Assembly (NCBI GenBank): GCA_951406725.2
Contig: OX597831.1
Location: 24,738,001 to 24,802,000, forward strand
Origin: Octopus vulgaris
Lineage: Eukaryota
Length of the DNA stretch: 64,000 bases
Direction of reading: 5' to 3'
Shown here piece by piece: positions 1-12,702 of the stretch. Position 1 is the stretch's first letter; every line of letters starts with the position of its first letter. The notes under the pieces are model-generated. The model searched no databases. It was not told where the DNA came from and saw only the letters and a program-made list of their open reading frames with translations. The position numbers and the translations under genes are program-made.

Positions 1-255
1 TACGTTCTCTCGAGCCAAAAATTGATGAAGCAAATGTTTTGTGCAAGCTGTATGTCCAATCATGTGCATAATACATACATATATACATACATTACATACA
101 TACGTTTAAATGTATATGAGCATGTCTAGACATGTAGCTATATGCATGAGAATACATACATGAAACAAAACATACAAATCTACACATATATATACATTCA
201 TACATACAAAAATACCCTGTTGATGTTGTTGAAATTCCAATGAAGGAGCCTTGGA

Positions 256-419
256 TAGGAGTGACTGTGTGGAAAGTAGCTTGCTTACATATCACATGGT
301 TCCAGTTCAGACCCACTGCGTGGCACCTTGAGCAAGTGTTATCTACTATAGCTTCGGGCCGACCAAAGCCTTGTGAGTGGATTTGGTAGATGGAAACTGA
401 AAGAAGCCTGTCACATATA

Positions 420-468
<49 letters not shown>

Positions 469-773
469 CTGCTATTTCTAAATTTTTAGTATGTGGCTAA
501 GCAACTTGTTGCTTAACCCTATTTATATTCATATATATATATATATGTATGTATTTATCTGTATGTCTCTTTGTATGTGTGTTTGTCCCTGTGCCCCATC
601 ACTTAACAACTGATTTTGGTGTGTTTACATCCCCGTAACTTAGTGGCTCAGCAAAAGAGACCAGCAGAAAAAGGTACAAGGCTTACAAAAAATAAGTCCC
701 AGGCTTGATTTCTTCGACTAAAATGTGGTGCTCCAGCATGGCTGCAGTCAAATGACTGAAACAAGCAAAAGAA
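256..773 (+). mobile_element. tRNA-derived SINE family A, full length, with extra cassette in central (TA)n
   Basis: Head ggagtgactgtgtgg..ggttccagttcagacc (A/B-box-like), shared body ccttgagcaagtg..gaaactgaaagaagc, internal microsatellite, tail cagtcaaatgactgaaacaag; about 20 homologous copies in this window. Confidence 0.9.
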
Positions 774-2274
774 CAAATGGAATATTGAAGCCGGACATCG
801 TCCACTGACACATCTAGGAGGACAGTAATTTCCAATATGAATTGATCCGGACCAGGATGACCCATCCAAATCAATCCAACATTGAAAAGATTACGATGAT
901 GATGAGGAACATTGTACTTGCTTACACAGCAGTTTTCTGATAATCTCCTGGGAATTGAACCTTGATTATCTCACTTGTTAAGTGAATGAACTGCCACTTC
1001 TACAATGTGTGTGTCTCTCTTGCAACACACAGACACACTCACACATACACACACACATATACACACTGTGTATATTTGTGTATGAGTGTACATAAATATA
1101 TGTGTATTTATGGTGTATGGAAAAAAATTGATTTATCCTGATATGTATGTACGTATGTATGTTTATGTATCATATTTCGTTGTCATCATTGTGCACTAAC
1201 AGATCTTACCATTTGCTTTTTACTGAACTGATTCTTGTTAATTCACAACACAGACCACTCAGTTAGAAAGAATTCTCCTTGAATTCTAGTGATTATCTTG
1301 AATTGGTAAATATGATACTTGAAAGCCTCTTGTAAACATCTTTTTGTACAAAAGTGTACATTTTTACTTTTTCTCTATATTTACTCTTAGAAAAATGCTT
1401 TCTGTCTTTATTTATTTATTTACTTTTTTTTGCATTTTTATTTAATTTTTTTTTCTGCATGGAGGGGACAACATTGATGTAGTGGCTGTCAAGACTAATT
1501 GATAGTAGAATACAATTTACTAATGTCTTTTACATTTGAGTGAGTGAGGAGGAAAACTAATTTTATTGATTTCAATCCTTCAACAACATTTTCTTTTTTT
1601 TTTTTTTTTCAAAAAAAAAAAAAAAAATTTCAGATTTAGAATCAGTATAATGTCTTCTTTTGATATTGCAGATATAATTCTTCTGTACCTACTGCAACCA
1701 GTACCCACTATGCAATCATTCACACACCAATCCGATTCTTTACTTGTCAATAACTCGACATCAGAAGTTTTTTTGTTGATTCATTCATTTAAAATCCAGA
1801 TAGCTGGTTTGTAGCAATGCTGGTGGTGGGACTGATTACTGGACGAATGGTCAATGTTTCAAATACCACCACCATCATCATCATCACTACCACAGATGCT
1901 TTATTGTGTCTGTGTCACTACTTCTTAATTATTAAATGAATTAGCCAGTTCAGTTTTAAATTGTTACCTTGAATGTTTCGTGATAGTTTAATTAGCTTCA
2001 AGGGCATGAATTCATACCATTCATTCTGCTTGCTTCAGGCTAGCTAGCCTCTAGTGGGGATAGTGTAAATTTTGATGACTCCTAGATTTCTTTGTGTTCA
2101 TATGGGTTGTGCTATGTGAGTGGACAATGCATACCAAATGGAAAAGAAAGTGTGATTTGTTGCCCTGAGACATTAACAAAATCTAAAAGCAATGGTCTGG
2201 CCTGACTACAGAAACCTAGGCCTTGTGGATAATAACTGAACATATTCATTATCAACTTAGAGAGTTCTGAAACA

Positions 2275-2642
2275 GAGACATACCTGTGTGGTAAGAAGCT
2301 TGCTTCCTAACCACATGATTTGAGGTTTAATTCCACTGCATGCCACCTTGGGCAAGTGTCTTCTTCTATATAGCCTTGAGCCAAACAAAGTCTTGTGAGT
2401 GGATTTGGTAGATGGAAACTGAAAGAAACCCATCATATATATTAGGTTGGTGCATAATTATTGCGGATTTTTTTTTTTGATAAATTTATTCAACAAAAAA
2501 TTTAAAGAAAATGTCAAGCAGAAATTGAAGTAAATGGTGAATATGCTCCGGAATAATCATTTAAAGATGTTTTTGCTAAATGTTGTTATTGTTTTTGTTG
2601 AATAAAATTTATTGAAAAAAGCTGCAATAATTATGCACCAAC

Positions 2643-2685
<43 letters not shown>

Positions 2686-2998
2686 CAAAGCAGTTTGATT
2701 CAGATTCTGTGCTACTTCAAGTTTTTGCAAGCTCCTGACAGAGTCTGTCTCTATGGGGTGGTGAGATATCCGAATCACATGTGTGTGTGTGTGTCTTTGT
2801 GTCTGTGTTTGTCTCCACCACAATGCTTGATAACTGGTGTTGGTGTGTTTACATCCTTGTAACTTAGCAGTTCAACAAAAGAGACCAATAGAATTAGCAG
2901 GCTGACAAAGAATAAGTCCTGGGGGTCGATTTGTTCGAGTGAAGACAGTCCTCCAGCATGGCCGTAGTCAAGTGACTGAAACAAGTAAAAGAATAAAA
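2275..2998 (+). mobile_element. SINE family A interrupted by a mariner MITE
   Basis: Same head, body and tail as other A copies; insertions lie in the central (TA)n. Confidence 0.9.
2442..2646. mobile_element. Mariner-type MITE with Hsmar1/MADE1-like TIRs
   Basis: TIRs ttaggttggtgcataattattgcgg / ctgcaataattatgcaccaacctaa extend imperfectly to about 60 bp; TA on both sides. Confidence 0.88.
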
Positions 2999-3191
2999 GG
3001 CCAGCGATTTGGGGGAGGGGTTAAGCTGATTACATCAACCCCAGTGCTTAACTGGTACTTATTTTATTGATCCGGAAAGGATGAAAGACAAAGTCAACCT
3101 TGGCCAAATTTGAACTCAGAACATGAAGACGAACAAAGCACCACTAAGCATTTTGCTTGGCATGCTAATGACTCTGCCAATTCACTGCCTT
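2999..3191 (-). mobile_element. SINE family D (Nin/Deu-like core)
   Basis: Reverse complement of ttctgagttcaaat..gactttg(c/t)ctttcatcctttc..gataaaataagtaccag core. Confidence 0.85.
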
Positions 3192-3354
3192 AATGAATAT
3201 AAAAATATTGACCATCATAACAAATAATATTTAGTTCTGTGATCAATTCTGGTTGAGGTAGATTTTGCATACATCCATAATAGATGCCAGTAAAGTAGGA
3301 ACACTAGTGACCTCTTCTGAGTATGTAGTATAATTGTTTGTATTATACTACACC

Positions 3355-3649
3355 TGGAGGTACAAGGCCTAGTGGTTAGAGCAGCAGATTCGTGGTCAAG
3401 GGATCGCGGGTTCGAATCTCAGACTAGGCTATGTGTGTGTTTATGAGCAAAACACCTAAGCTCCACACAGCTCCAGCAGAAGGTAATGGCAAACTTCTGC
3501 TGACTCTTTCGCCACAACTATCTCTCATTCTTTCCTCCTGCATCTTGCAGCTCACCTGCAATGGACAGGCGTCCCATCCAGGTGGGGAACCTATACACCA
3601 AGGAAACCAGCCCTTATGAGCCAGGCATGGCTCGAGAAGGAACAAACAA
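3355..3649 (+). mobile_element. tRNA-derived SINE family C (V-domain-like)
   Basis: A box tggcctagtgg-like, B box ggttcgaatc, central gcaatggacaggcgtcccatccagg; TSD ttatactacac (3343-3353 / 3663-3673); homologues at 20531 and 36147. Confidence 0.9.
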
Positions 3650-4140
3650 TTATACTATTAATTTATACTACACAAGGTGTATAATCAAGCTGAGTCCATT
3701 ATATTACTGGTATAGTATGAGAACCAATTTTAATAAATTGAAATGAAATGAAAGGGACAATTTATATAGGAATCTTGAACCTAGATACTAAAAGGCTGTT
3801 TAGCTTGACCCCCAGGTTAATGCTGATCTAATAGATTTCTCCTGATCAATTCATGAGCATCCCATATTTGATGTTGAATGAGACTTTGACTTTTGCATTC
3901 TCTGTGATTCCTGTGTAAACCAATAATTCCTAACCATATAATTGTCAGGAAGGTTTATATAACTTGAGACCATTTCATTTTTGTTATCAGTGAATATTTT
4001 TTTTTCTGTTGAACCTGGAGAGATAAAAAGATGTTGCCAATCTGACAAGGTTTGAACTCAAAAATCATAAAAGGACATAACTAAAAAGCATTTAATTTAG
4101 TGTTCGACAATTTCTTCCATTTCCATTTCCACCTCCCTGC

Positions 4141-4215
4141 AATAAATAATAATGATAAATAATAATAATGATAATAATATTAATGGTAATAATAACAATA
4201 ATGATAATAACAACA

Positions 4216-4281
<66 letters not shown>

Positions 4282-4330
4282 CAGTAGTAATAATAACGAT
4301 GATGATTGGGAATGATGATGACAATGATGG
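4141..4330. repeat. (AAT)n / (GAT)n microsatellite
   Basis: Direct reading. Confidence 0.95.
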
Positions 4331-4721
4331 CTTTAAATTGGACAGATGCAAGCAGTCTGTTGATTGTAGAACCATAGACCATATTACTAAAATGTTTTTC
4401 TTTCTTTGTAATTAGCAAAGATATTCATTTGCCAGTAGCGAATTTATGAGAAATTCAAGTTCTCTTTATTACATTGGCACTAACAATGTTATCAACACTT
4501 GCTATTAAAAAATTAATGATATCACCTTTGTTAAACTTTAATGCTCCATCCATCTCTCTCTCTCTCTCTCTCCCTTTCTCTCGCTCTTTCTCTTTCTCTC
4601 TCAAAATGGACAGAAATGGACGATGGTGAGTTATGACTATCTCTTTATGACCCATGAAGAATGGCAGTATTTGTTCAGTCAGACACACAGATGATGTTGA
4701 TTGGCCTTTATATTTTATATT

Positions 4722-4787
4722 TTGTTGTTGTTGTTGTTGTTATTATTATTATTTCATATTATTATTATTATTATTATTATTATTTCA

Positions 4788-4830
<43 letters not shown>

Positions 4831-4930
4831 TCATATTATTATTATTTTTATTATTTCATATTATTATTATTATTATTTCATATTATTATTATTATTATTA
4901 CTATTATTATTATTATTTCATATTATCATT
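4722..4930. repeat. Compound (GTT)n/(ATT)n microsatellite punctuated by a recurring tttcat motif
   Basis: Direct reading; tatttcatatt recurs six times between variable (att)n runs. Confidence 0.93.
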
Positions 4931-5417
4931 TTAATTGCAAACATTTGTAATTTCAGTTTCCATATAAAGAGTGATAAAAACTGCTTGAAGTTCTTCGACC
5001 TTTTTCCCCAAACCAATTATCATAACATTGCAAAACATAAATATATGAGATACAATCAAAAAGACATGTGTATCATTACTGCAATAATCTACACAGTATT
5101 GGCACCTTTGATTATACAGATGCACTCTGTACATGCAAATACACATAATCACACTAATACAAACTCAAATGCACACACACATACACATGCACAGATGATA
5201 ACTGGCCACTGTGATCTTTACTTTCATTTTTGCTATGTAACCTCCAGCTTCAATAATTCTTGACAGCATTGTGCAGATTATCCGTCAACATTAATAATAT
5301 CGGAAACCTCCCTCTAATGGAACCGACCCCGAGAGCCATCCAGTGGCACCAAAAGGCCAAACCCACATATTTTTAGAAATCATAGCCAAAGCTCTGTGTA
5401 TCTTCACAGTGCCTATA

Positions 5418-5580
5418 GGCGCAGGAGTGGCTGTGTGGTAAGTAGCTTGCTTACCAACCACATGGTTCTGGGCTCAGTCCCACTGTGTGGCACCTTGGCC
5501 AAGTGTCTCCTACTATAGCCTCGGGTTGACCAAAGCCTTGTGAGTGGATTTGGTAGACAGAAACTGAAAGAAGCCTGTCG

Positions 5581-5615
<35 letters not shown>

Positions 5616-5840
5616 GTTTGCGTGTATGTTTGTGTGTCTGTGTTTGTCCCCCTAGCAGTGCTTGACAACTGATGCTGGTGTGTTTATGTCCCCGTGACTT
5701 AGCAGTTCGGCAGAAGAGACCGATAGAATACGTACTGGGCTTACAAAGAATAAGTCCCGGGGTCAATGTGTTCGGCTAAAGGTAGTGCTCCAGCATGGCC
5801 GCAGTCAAATGACTGAAACATTTAAAAGAGTAAAGAGAGT
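5418..5840 (+). mobile_element. SINE family A, full length
   Basis: ggcgcaggagtggctgtgtgg ... aaatgactgaaaca..aaaagagtaaagagag. Confidence 0.93.
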
Positions 5841-6623
5841 AATGCCTCACAGGAAACACATTGCTGACCTTTCACTTTAAAAACTGTACAATCTATGACC
5901 TTTTGTGTTAGCTATGATTATAAAATATGTTAGAGTAATGATCATCATCATCATAGTTGTCATCATCTTTATCATCATCAGCTTATGTCTGCTTTTCCAT
6001 GATGGCATGGGTTGACTGGATGTATCTCAATTCAGTGTCTTCCCTCCCTCTTACAGTAGTTCTTTGTCATCTTTATCAAGAGATCTAGCATTTTTAGACC
6101 AGACTTAACCATTTTTGCCCACATTTTGTTTCACCTTTCTCTTTGACAATCTCATTTCAGTTGCATTCTTTGACAGTTTTTCCCTCAATTTTACCATTTT
6201 TCACAGCCATCAACAGTCCATACCAGTCTAGTCTTCAATTCCCTTGTATAAAACCCATCACCTGGAATTGTATTAGCTATTTTATGAGGAAATCGAACTC
6301 CAAGCTTTGTCACATTAAACTAAAGAGTCCATGATAATTGAATTAGTTTGGCAATCTGCCATTTCTCTTATTTTCCCTTTCCTCTTTACATCATTATCAT
6401 TATGACCATCACCACCACTTCCAGTGTCCTCCACCCACGCCACCTCTTCCTTCTCATCATCATCGTCATCATCAATTTATGCTCAATTTTCCTTTGCTGA
6501 CAAATGTTGGGTGGATCTCAGAGATGCAACGTGCTGAAGAGACGAAAACTAGCAATTGAGATTGGAGTGTTTGAGTGGAGGTGGCACAAGACCAGCTCTG
6601 GAGAGCAGAGACAATTGTAATAT

Positions 6624-6817
6624 CTTTCTTTTACTCTCTTTTATTTGTTTCACTGATGTGACTGTGTCCATGCTGGAGCACCGCCTTTAGTCGAGCAAAT
6701 CGACCCCAGGACTTTATTCTTTGTAAGCCTAGTACTTATTCTATTGGTTTCTTTTGCCGAGCTGCTAAGTTACAGGGACACACACAGACACACAAACATA
6801 CACACACACACACACAC

Positions 6818-6820
<3 letters not shown>
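6624..6820 (-). mobile_element. SINE family A, 3' half only
   Basis: Reverse complement of the A tail half; ends at the central microsatellite. Confidence 0.88.
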
Positions 6821-6867
<47 letters not shown>

Positions 6868-6883
6868 ATATATATACATATAC

Positions 6884-6951
<68 letters not shown>

Positions 6952-7089
6952 ATATATACATATATATATATATGTATATACATATATATATACATATATA
7001 TATATATATGTATATACATATATATGTATATACATATATATATATACATACATATATATATATACATACATATATATATATATATATAT
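6820..7089. repeat. (TA)n/(TACA)n microsatellite
   Basis: Direct reading. Confidence 0.95.
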
Positions 7090-7449
7090 GATCATTGTGT
7101 GATCATTGCCAGAGCAACAAGCTGGCCTCCGTGCCGGTGGCATGTAAAAAGCACCATTCAAGTGTGATCATTACCTGTGTCGCCTTAGTGGCACATGAAA
7201 AAACATTCGAGCAAGGTCATTGCCAGTCCCGCCTGACTGGCCCTCATGCTGGTGGCATGTAAAAGCACCCACTACACTCTCAGAGTGGTTGCCCTTAAGA
7301 AGGGCATCCAGCTGTAGAAACTCTGCCAGATCAAGATTGGAGCCTGGTGCAGCCATCTGTTTCGCCAGTCCTCAGTCAAATCGTCCAACCCATGCTAGCA
7401 TGGAAAGTAGACGTTAAACGATGATGATGATGATGATGATAATGATGAT
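7090..7449 (+). mobile_element. Retroposon family B with (GAT)n tail
   Basis: Repeated ggtggcatgtaaaaagcacc units, gaagggcatccagctgtagaaac, ccaacccatgctagcatggaaa..gacgttaaacgatgatgat; at least 8 copies in window. Confidence 0.85.
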
Positions 7450-8039
7450 CCAGGCAGGAACAGAAACAGGCGGAAAAAGTGGAATCTGAGTGTGCAGTCA
7501 TCAATTTTTGTAGTGTAGTTTGCGAAAAGCAGACATGGACTACATATAAGGGATGAGAGATTTGTGTAACGAGGAGCAAAAGCATATCAAAGCCTGAACA
7601 AATTTTTTTAACGAATTACAGTAAACTTGTGGAATTGAAAGCACTGATAACTAATGAGGAAATAATTTAAATAATAAATATCAACTAATTAAGATATCCA
7701 AACTGCCTTCATTAAATCACTTTAATCACTTAGGAAGCCTATTCTAATTACAATACAAAAATCTTAAAATTAAACAGTTGTGTAATTTTTTCTAGCATAT
7801 ATAGATTTATTGATATCATTAATTGATAATGAAGAATGGAATGATAATTGTATCAGTGCAGGTAACATTGAGAGAAATTGTGACTTTAGTTACAGCAACT
7901 TGGTGATAGTTAGTTATAATGGATTTTCGACACTCGCATAGATAAAGCTTATAAGGAAAATAACATTTATATATTTTTTTCTACTTAAAAGAACTTTAAG
8001 GGAACCTAAATGTTAACCTAAAGGAAATGTTAACCTAAA

Positions 8040-8443
8040 GGTGTAGGAGTGGCTGTGTGGCAAGTAGCTTGCTTACAAACCACGTGGTTCCGGGTTCATT
8101 CCAACTGCGTGGCACCTTGGGCAAGTGTCTTCTACTATAGCCTCAGGCCGACCAAAGCACTGTGAGTGGATTTGGTTGACAGAAACTGAAAGAAGCCTGT
8201 CGTATATATGTATATATATATATGTATGTGTGTGTATATGTTTGTATGTCTGTGTTTGTCCCCCTAGCATAACTGATGGTGGTGTGTTTACATCCCCGTA
8301 ACTTAGTGGTTCGTCAAAAGAAACCGATAGAATAAGTACTAGGCTTACAAAGAATAAGTCCTGGGGTCGAAGTGCTCAACTAAAGGTGGTGCTTCAGCAT
8401 GGCCACAGTCAAATGACTGAAACAAGTAAAAGAGTAAAAGAGT
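8040..8443 (+). mobile_element. SINE family A, full length, inside an ~18 bp minisatellite
   Basis: Family homology; aaggaaa..ttaacctaa units on both flanks. Confidence 0.92.
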
Positions 8444-8641
8444 TAAGGAAACATTAACCTAAAGGAAACATTATAACCTTAAAATGTTAACCAAAAGAAA
8501 ACATTATAAAAGCATCTTAGCTGATGAGTTTATAATGTTGAATATAAGGTAGGATGCTAAGTCTAACATGGGAAGATGTTCCCAAATGTTGATTTTATTT
8601 CACAAAGCTTTGTGAACTGAGGCATTTAGACTTATATATAT

Positions 8642-8872
8642 ATTTCTTTACTGCCCACAAGGACCTAAACATAGAGGGGACAAACAAGGACAGACAAACG
8701 GATTAAGTCAATTACATCGACCCCAGTGCAAAACTGGTACTTTATTTTATCGACCCTGAAAGGATGAAAGGCAAAGTTGACCTTGGCGGAATTTGAATTC
8801 AGAACATAACGACACGAAAAACCGCTAAGCATTTTGCCAGGTACGCTAATGTGTGTACCAGCTCGCCACCTT
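8642..8872 (-). mobile_element. SINE family D, full length
   Basis: Core plus tail ..ccttgtgggcagtaaagaaata (rc); acttatatata on both flanks. Confidence 0.9.
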
Positions 8873-9465
8873 AAACTTACTTATATATAATGCTCGGATA
8901 TTTTCAATGAAGTGTCTGCAGTTGATTTGGACGGAAGATATTTGCACAGGTAATCTAAGACAATATCTCCTTGGTCATTTCATCGTTACATTTATTTGTG
9001 TTGACTAACTTTCAACAAGTTAAAAAAACAGAAAAATACTATAGAATGAATTAGAAGACATCGTTGGAAGGACTGAGCTTTAAGTGCCTTCATCCAAAGA
9101 CTACTCTTTATACAAAGAGTGGCGATATGACGGCATCATTACCATTAATAACAAAATATACATTGCAGGAATTCACTGTAAACACAGTTTATTCAGTGCA
9201 AGTTTGTCTGGTTTATATTTACTCTTAGCTTGGGTTGTATTAATGCTGAGATAATGTTGAGTTACACTAAAACAGAGTTTGTGCATTTCTTCTACCTGAA
9301 TATAGCTCTTGTTCATTTTAGCCCAGTGTCTGCATTGGTCCTACAGGTCTATGATCAAAAAATTTCTACTGTGACCATCCTAACTTTTTTTTCAAATATC
9401 CTCAATCTGATCCCAGTATATAACTGGTATTGATTTTATCGACTTTTGAAGGATAAATAATAATA

Positions 9466-9889
9466 GGCGTAGGAGTGGCTGTGTGGTAAGTAGCTTCCTT
9501 ACGAACCATATGGTTCCGGGTTCAGTCCCACTGCGTGGCACCTTGGGCAAGTGTCTTCTACTGGAGCCTCGGGCCGACCAAAGCCATGTGAGTGGATTTG
9601 GTAGACGGAAACTGAAAGAAGCCTGTCGTATATATGTATATATATGTGTGTGTGTGTATATGTTTGTTTGTGCATCTGTGTTTGTCCCCCCCCAACATCG
9701 CTTGACAACCGATGCTGGTGTGTTTACGCCCCCGTAACTCAGCACTTCAGCAAAAGAGATCGATAGAATAAGTACTAGGCATCCAAAGAATAAGTCCTGG
9801 GGTCGATTTGCTTGATTAAAGGCGGTGCTCCAGCATGGCCACAGTCAAATGACTGAAACAAGTAAAAGAGTAAAAGAGTAAAAAGAGAG
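9466..9889 (+). mobile_element. SINE family A, full length
   Basis: Family homology; (gtaaaaga)n tail. Confidence 0.93.
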
Positions 9890-9951
9890 AATTAATTTTT
9901 AGAACATAATAAACATGAACAATACAGTTCAATATCCAAGACATCATAGAG

Positions 9952-10232
9952 CAGTGGTTTCCAAACTTTTACAGGCTGCCACCCCCTTGACACCCAGGTC
10001 ACATTCCTAGTGCCCCCACCCCAACTAACCACCGCAAACATGGACCTCTTTCTGAAGCAAATTCAAAGCAACTGTATTTCACAAATAAAACTTAACCTAA
10101 TGAACCCATTATTATCACCCCACTTTTTACACGAATCGCTCTCCCATTATCGCCCGACTTTTTTTCAGTGCTCCCTTGGAACTTTCCACCAACTCCAGGG
10201 GGTCACAATAGCGCCCACTTTGGGAACCGCTA
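9952..10232. mobile_element. hAT (Charlie-like) MITE
   Basis: TIRs cagtggtttccaaac / ctttgggaaccgcta; exact 8 bp TSD tcatagag (9944-9951, 10233-10240). Confidence 0.88.
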
Positions 10233-10310
10233 TCATAGAGTGACGTGTTTTGGCCTGCTGATGCCATTTACAGCTGTTACCGGAGTGTGATGCCCCATAA
10301 GAGTTAAGCA

Positions 10311-10642
10311 CAGTGAGGGCGCGTGGCTTAGTGGTTAGGGCATTCGGCTCATGATCGTAAGGTTGTGAGTTCGATTCCCAGCGACGCGTTGTGTCCTTGA
10401 GCAAGACACTTTATTTCACGTTGCTCCAGTCCACTCAGCTGGCAAAAATGAGTTGTACTTGTATTTCAAAGGGTCAGCCTTGTCACTCTCTGTGTCACGC
10501 TGATTATCCCCGAGAACTACGTTAAGGGTACACGTGTCTGTGGAATGCTCAGCCATTTGCACGTTAATTTCACGAGCAAGCTGTTCCGTTGATCGTATCA
10601 GCTGGGACCCTCGTCGTCGTAACCAGCGGAGTCTTTTTTTTT
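10311..10642 (+). mobile_element. tRNA-derived SINE family M (Meta-like core, poly-T end)
   Basis: A box tggcttagtgg, B box gagttcgattc, core ctccagtccactcagctggcaaaaatgag; 13 bp TSD taagagttaagca (10298-10310, 10643-10655). Confidence 0.9.
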
Positions 10643-11504
10643 TAAGAGTTAAGCAAATAATGAATAGTCAATTTGGATCCGGTATAATACATTGTAGAAA
10701 TCTTATTGTCTAAAAGACAATATTGGTAGCATTTTAACTCGGAATCAAATTTTGGTAGGCTGAGTACTGTTACCCTGTCATTTTCATAAAGATGTTCCAA
10801 TTTTGCTTGCACACACCATGATTAGAGGATATAATTTTTTTCCACTGATATTCACATATTTCCATTCCATTCAGCAAACATACAATTTATAGAAAAACAT
10901 TTCTCTAAAGTATCTGTGTTTTATGCTTAAAATTCAAAATTAGTGAATATCATCAAGAAAAGTGTTTCATTTCAAAGATTTTAATATGAAATTTTAACAA
11001 ATATTTTTTAACAAATCTATTTAACAAATCCAATTTCAGGAATTATCTCTCTTGCTGTGATGCAAATAGCTTCATTTCAAATTCTTTCATTATTTCTGTA
11101 ATGCTGTTTCACTCTGTGATAATGCATATCTTTTGCATTTAGGGTGCATTCCTCAATCATTTTTCCTTCTGCATTTGTATCAATTCATTATTATACATGT
11201 GTCAATTTGTACAAATTAAATTTATTTGTTTTTATACATTTGCTTCTTCCCAATCTATACACAAATATATCATATATAATGTTTATATGTAATACATATG
11301 AATACGATGTGTGTCTGAGTGTAATAATGTGTTGTAAGATGCAGTGGAGGCAAAGACTTTGGGTAGGGTTGCTCTTTATTTCACAATGCAGCATAACCCA
11401 TATTTCACAACAGTATAAATCATTTCTGATATGCCATTTATTTCTTCCTTCTCTTAGCATGTATGTGTGCATGTATACACATATATACACATGCGCACAC
11501 ATAC

Positions 11505-11525
11505 TCTCTTTCTCTCCCTCTCTAT

Positions 11526-11595
<70 letters not shown>
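11505..11595. repeat. (CT)n microsatellite
   Basis: Direct reading. Confidence 0.95.
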
Positions 11596-11597
<2 letters not shown>

Positions 11598-11899
11598 GTC
11601 AGCCATATATTTTCTGTTTAACAAATAAGAGAATAGATATTTTTTTATAATAAAATAACAGAAAAGATATTTTTATACAAAATTCCCTTCATTACTTTGT
11701 GTATGTGTGTGTATATATGTTTCACACACCCTATCCCAAGGAACCAAACTACATCTCCTCTTGTAAACTACATCTTTCACTTCCTCTTATTTCTTCTTTA
11801 TACACTATGATTGTCTCCCACTCCCCTTCCCTGCCCTCACTGTCCTGCTCACTGTGTCACTGCTTTCCACCACCCCATTTTATACCCATGTTTTTGCCT

Positions 11900-12060
11900 G
11901 CAAATCCACCCCAGGACTTATTCCTTGTAAGCCTAGTACTTATTCTATCGGCCTCTTTTTGCTGAACTACTAAGTTACGAGGATGTAAGCACACCGGCAT
12001 CGGTTGTCAAGCGATGCTAGGATGACAAACACAGACACACAAACATATACACACACATAC

Positions 12061-12117
<57 letters not shown>

Positions 12118-12280
12118 CAACAGGCTTCTTTCAGTTTCCATCTGCCAAATCCATTCACAAGGTTTTGGTCGGCCTGAAGCTATAGTAGAAGACACTTGCC
12201 CAAGGTGCCACACAGTGGGACTGAACCCAGAACCATGTGGTTGGTAAGCAAGCTACTTACCACACAGCCACTCCTGCATC
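11900..12280 (-). mobile_element. SINE family A lacking its extreme 3' tail
   Basis: Family homology on the minus strand. Confidence 0.9.
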
Positions 12281-12432
12281 TATAAGAATCAAACTCATGA
12301 CATTTTATTCATGAGCCAAACATTGTTATCTCTTGCCCAAGGTACCATTTAGTGCACAGAATTTGAAACCATACAGTTATGAAACAAATTCAGTTAGCAT
12401 ACATCCATGCCTATACACACACATACACACAC

Positions 12433-12599
12433 CTTGTGGGTGCTGGAATGTTCCTGGCTTTGGGTAAAAGAAAATACAGGAGGATCAGTTAATTATGACT
12501 TTGTGCAATATATTCACACATTTATTACAGTGGTCCTTTTGAGCCACTAACCAGGCCCTTTATGATAAGCTTAAAGCCAGGAACTTTTCAGCACCCCCT

Positions 12600-12601
<2 letters not shown>
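12433..12601. mobile_element. Mariner-derived MITE, both TIRs present
   Basis: gggtgctggaatgttcctggcttt / aaagccaggaacttttcagcaccccc; same family as 13236 and 46904. Confidence 0.8.
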
Positions 12602-12645
<44 letters not shown>

Positions 12646-12655
12646 TCTGTGTATG

Positions 12656-12660
<5 letters not shown>

Positions 12661-12702
<42 letters not shown>

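Noticed and set aside
1566-1814. 82 aa ORF with acceptor-like sites near 1633 and 1671
   Set aside because: It starts in a poly-T/poly-A run, and has no good donor or recognisable homology.
5264-5868. Possible TIR pair cagcattgtg / cacattgctg around a SINE A copy
   Set aside because: Only 10 bp with a mismatch and no TSD; insufficient to call a transposon.
6530-6555. CTGAAGA..GAAA hammerhead-like words
   Set aside because: Only 3 nt separate the motifs, so stem II cannot form, and there is no valid stem I/III.
10316-10390. tRNA-like sequence with CAT in the anticodon-loop position, and other SINE heads
   Set aside because: No proper acceptor stem; they continue into SINE bodies and are bounded by TSDs, so they are not tRNA genes.
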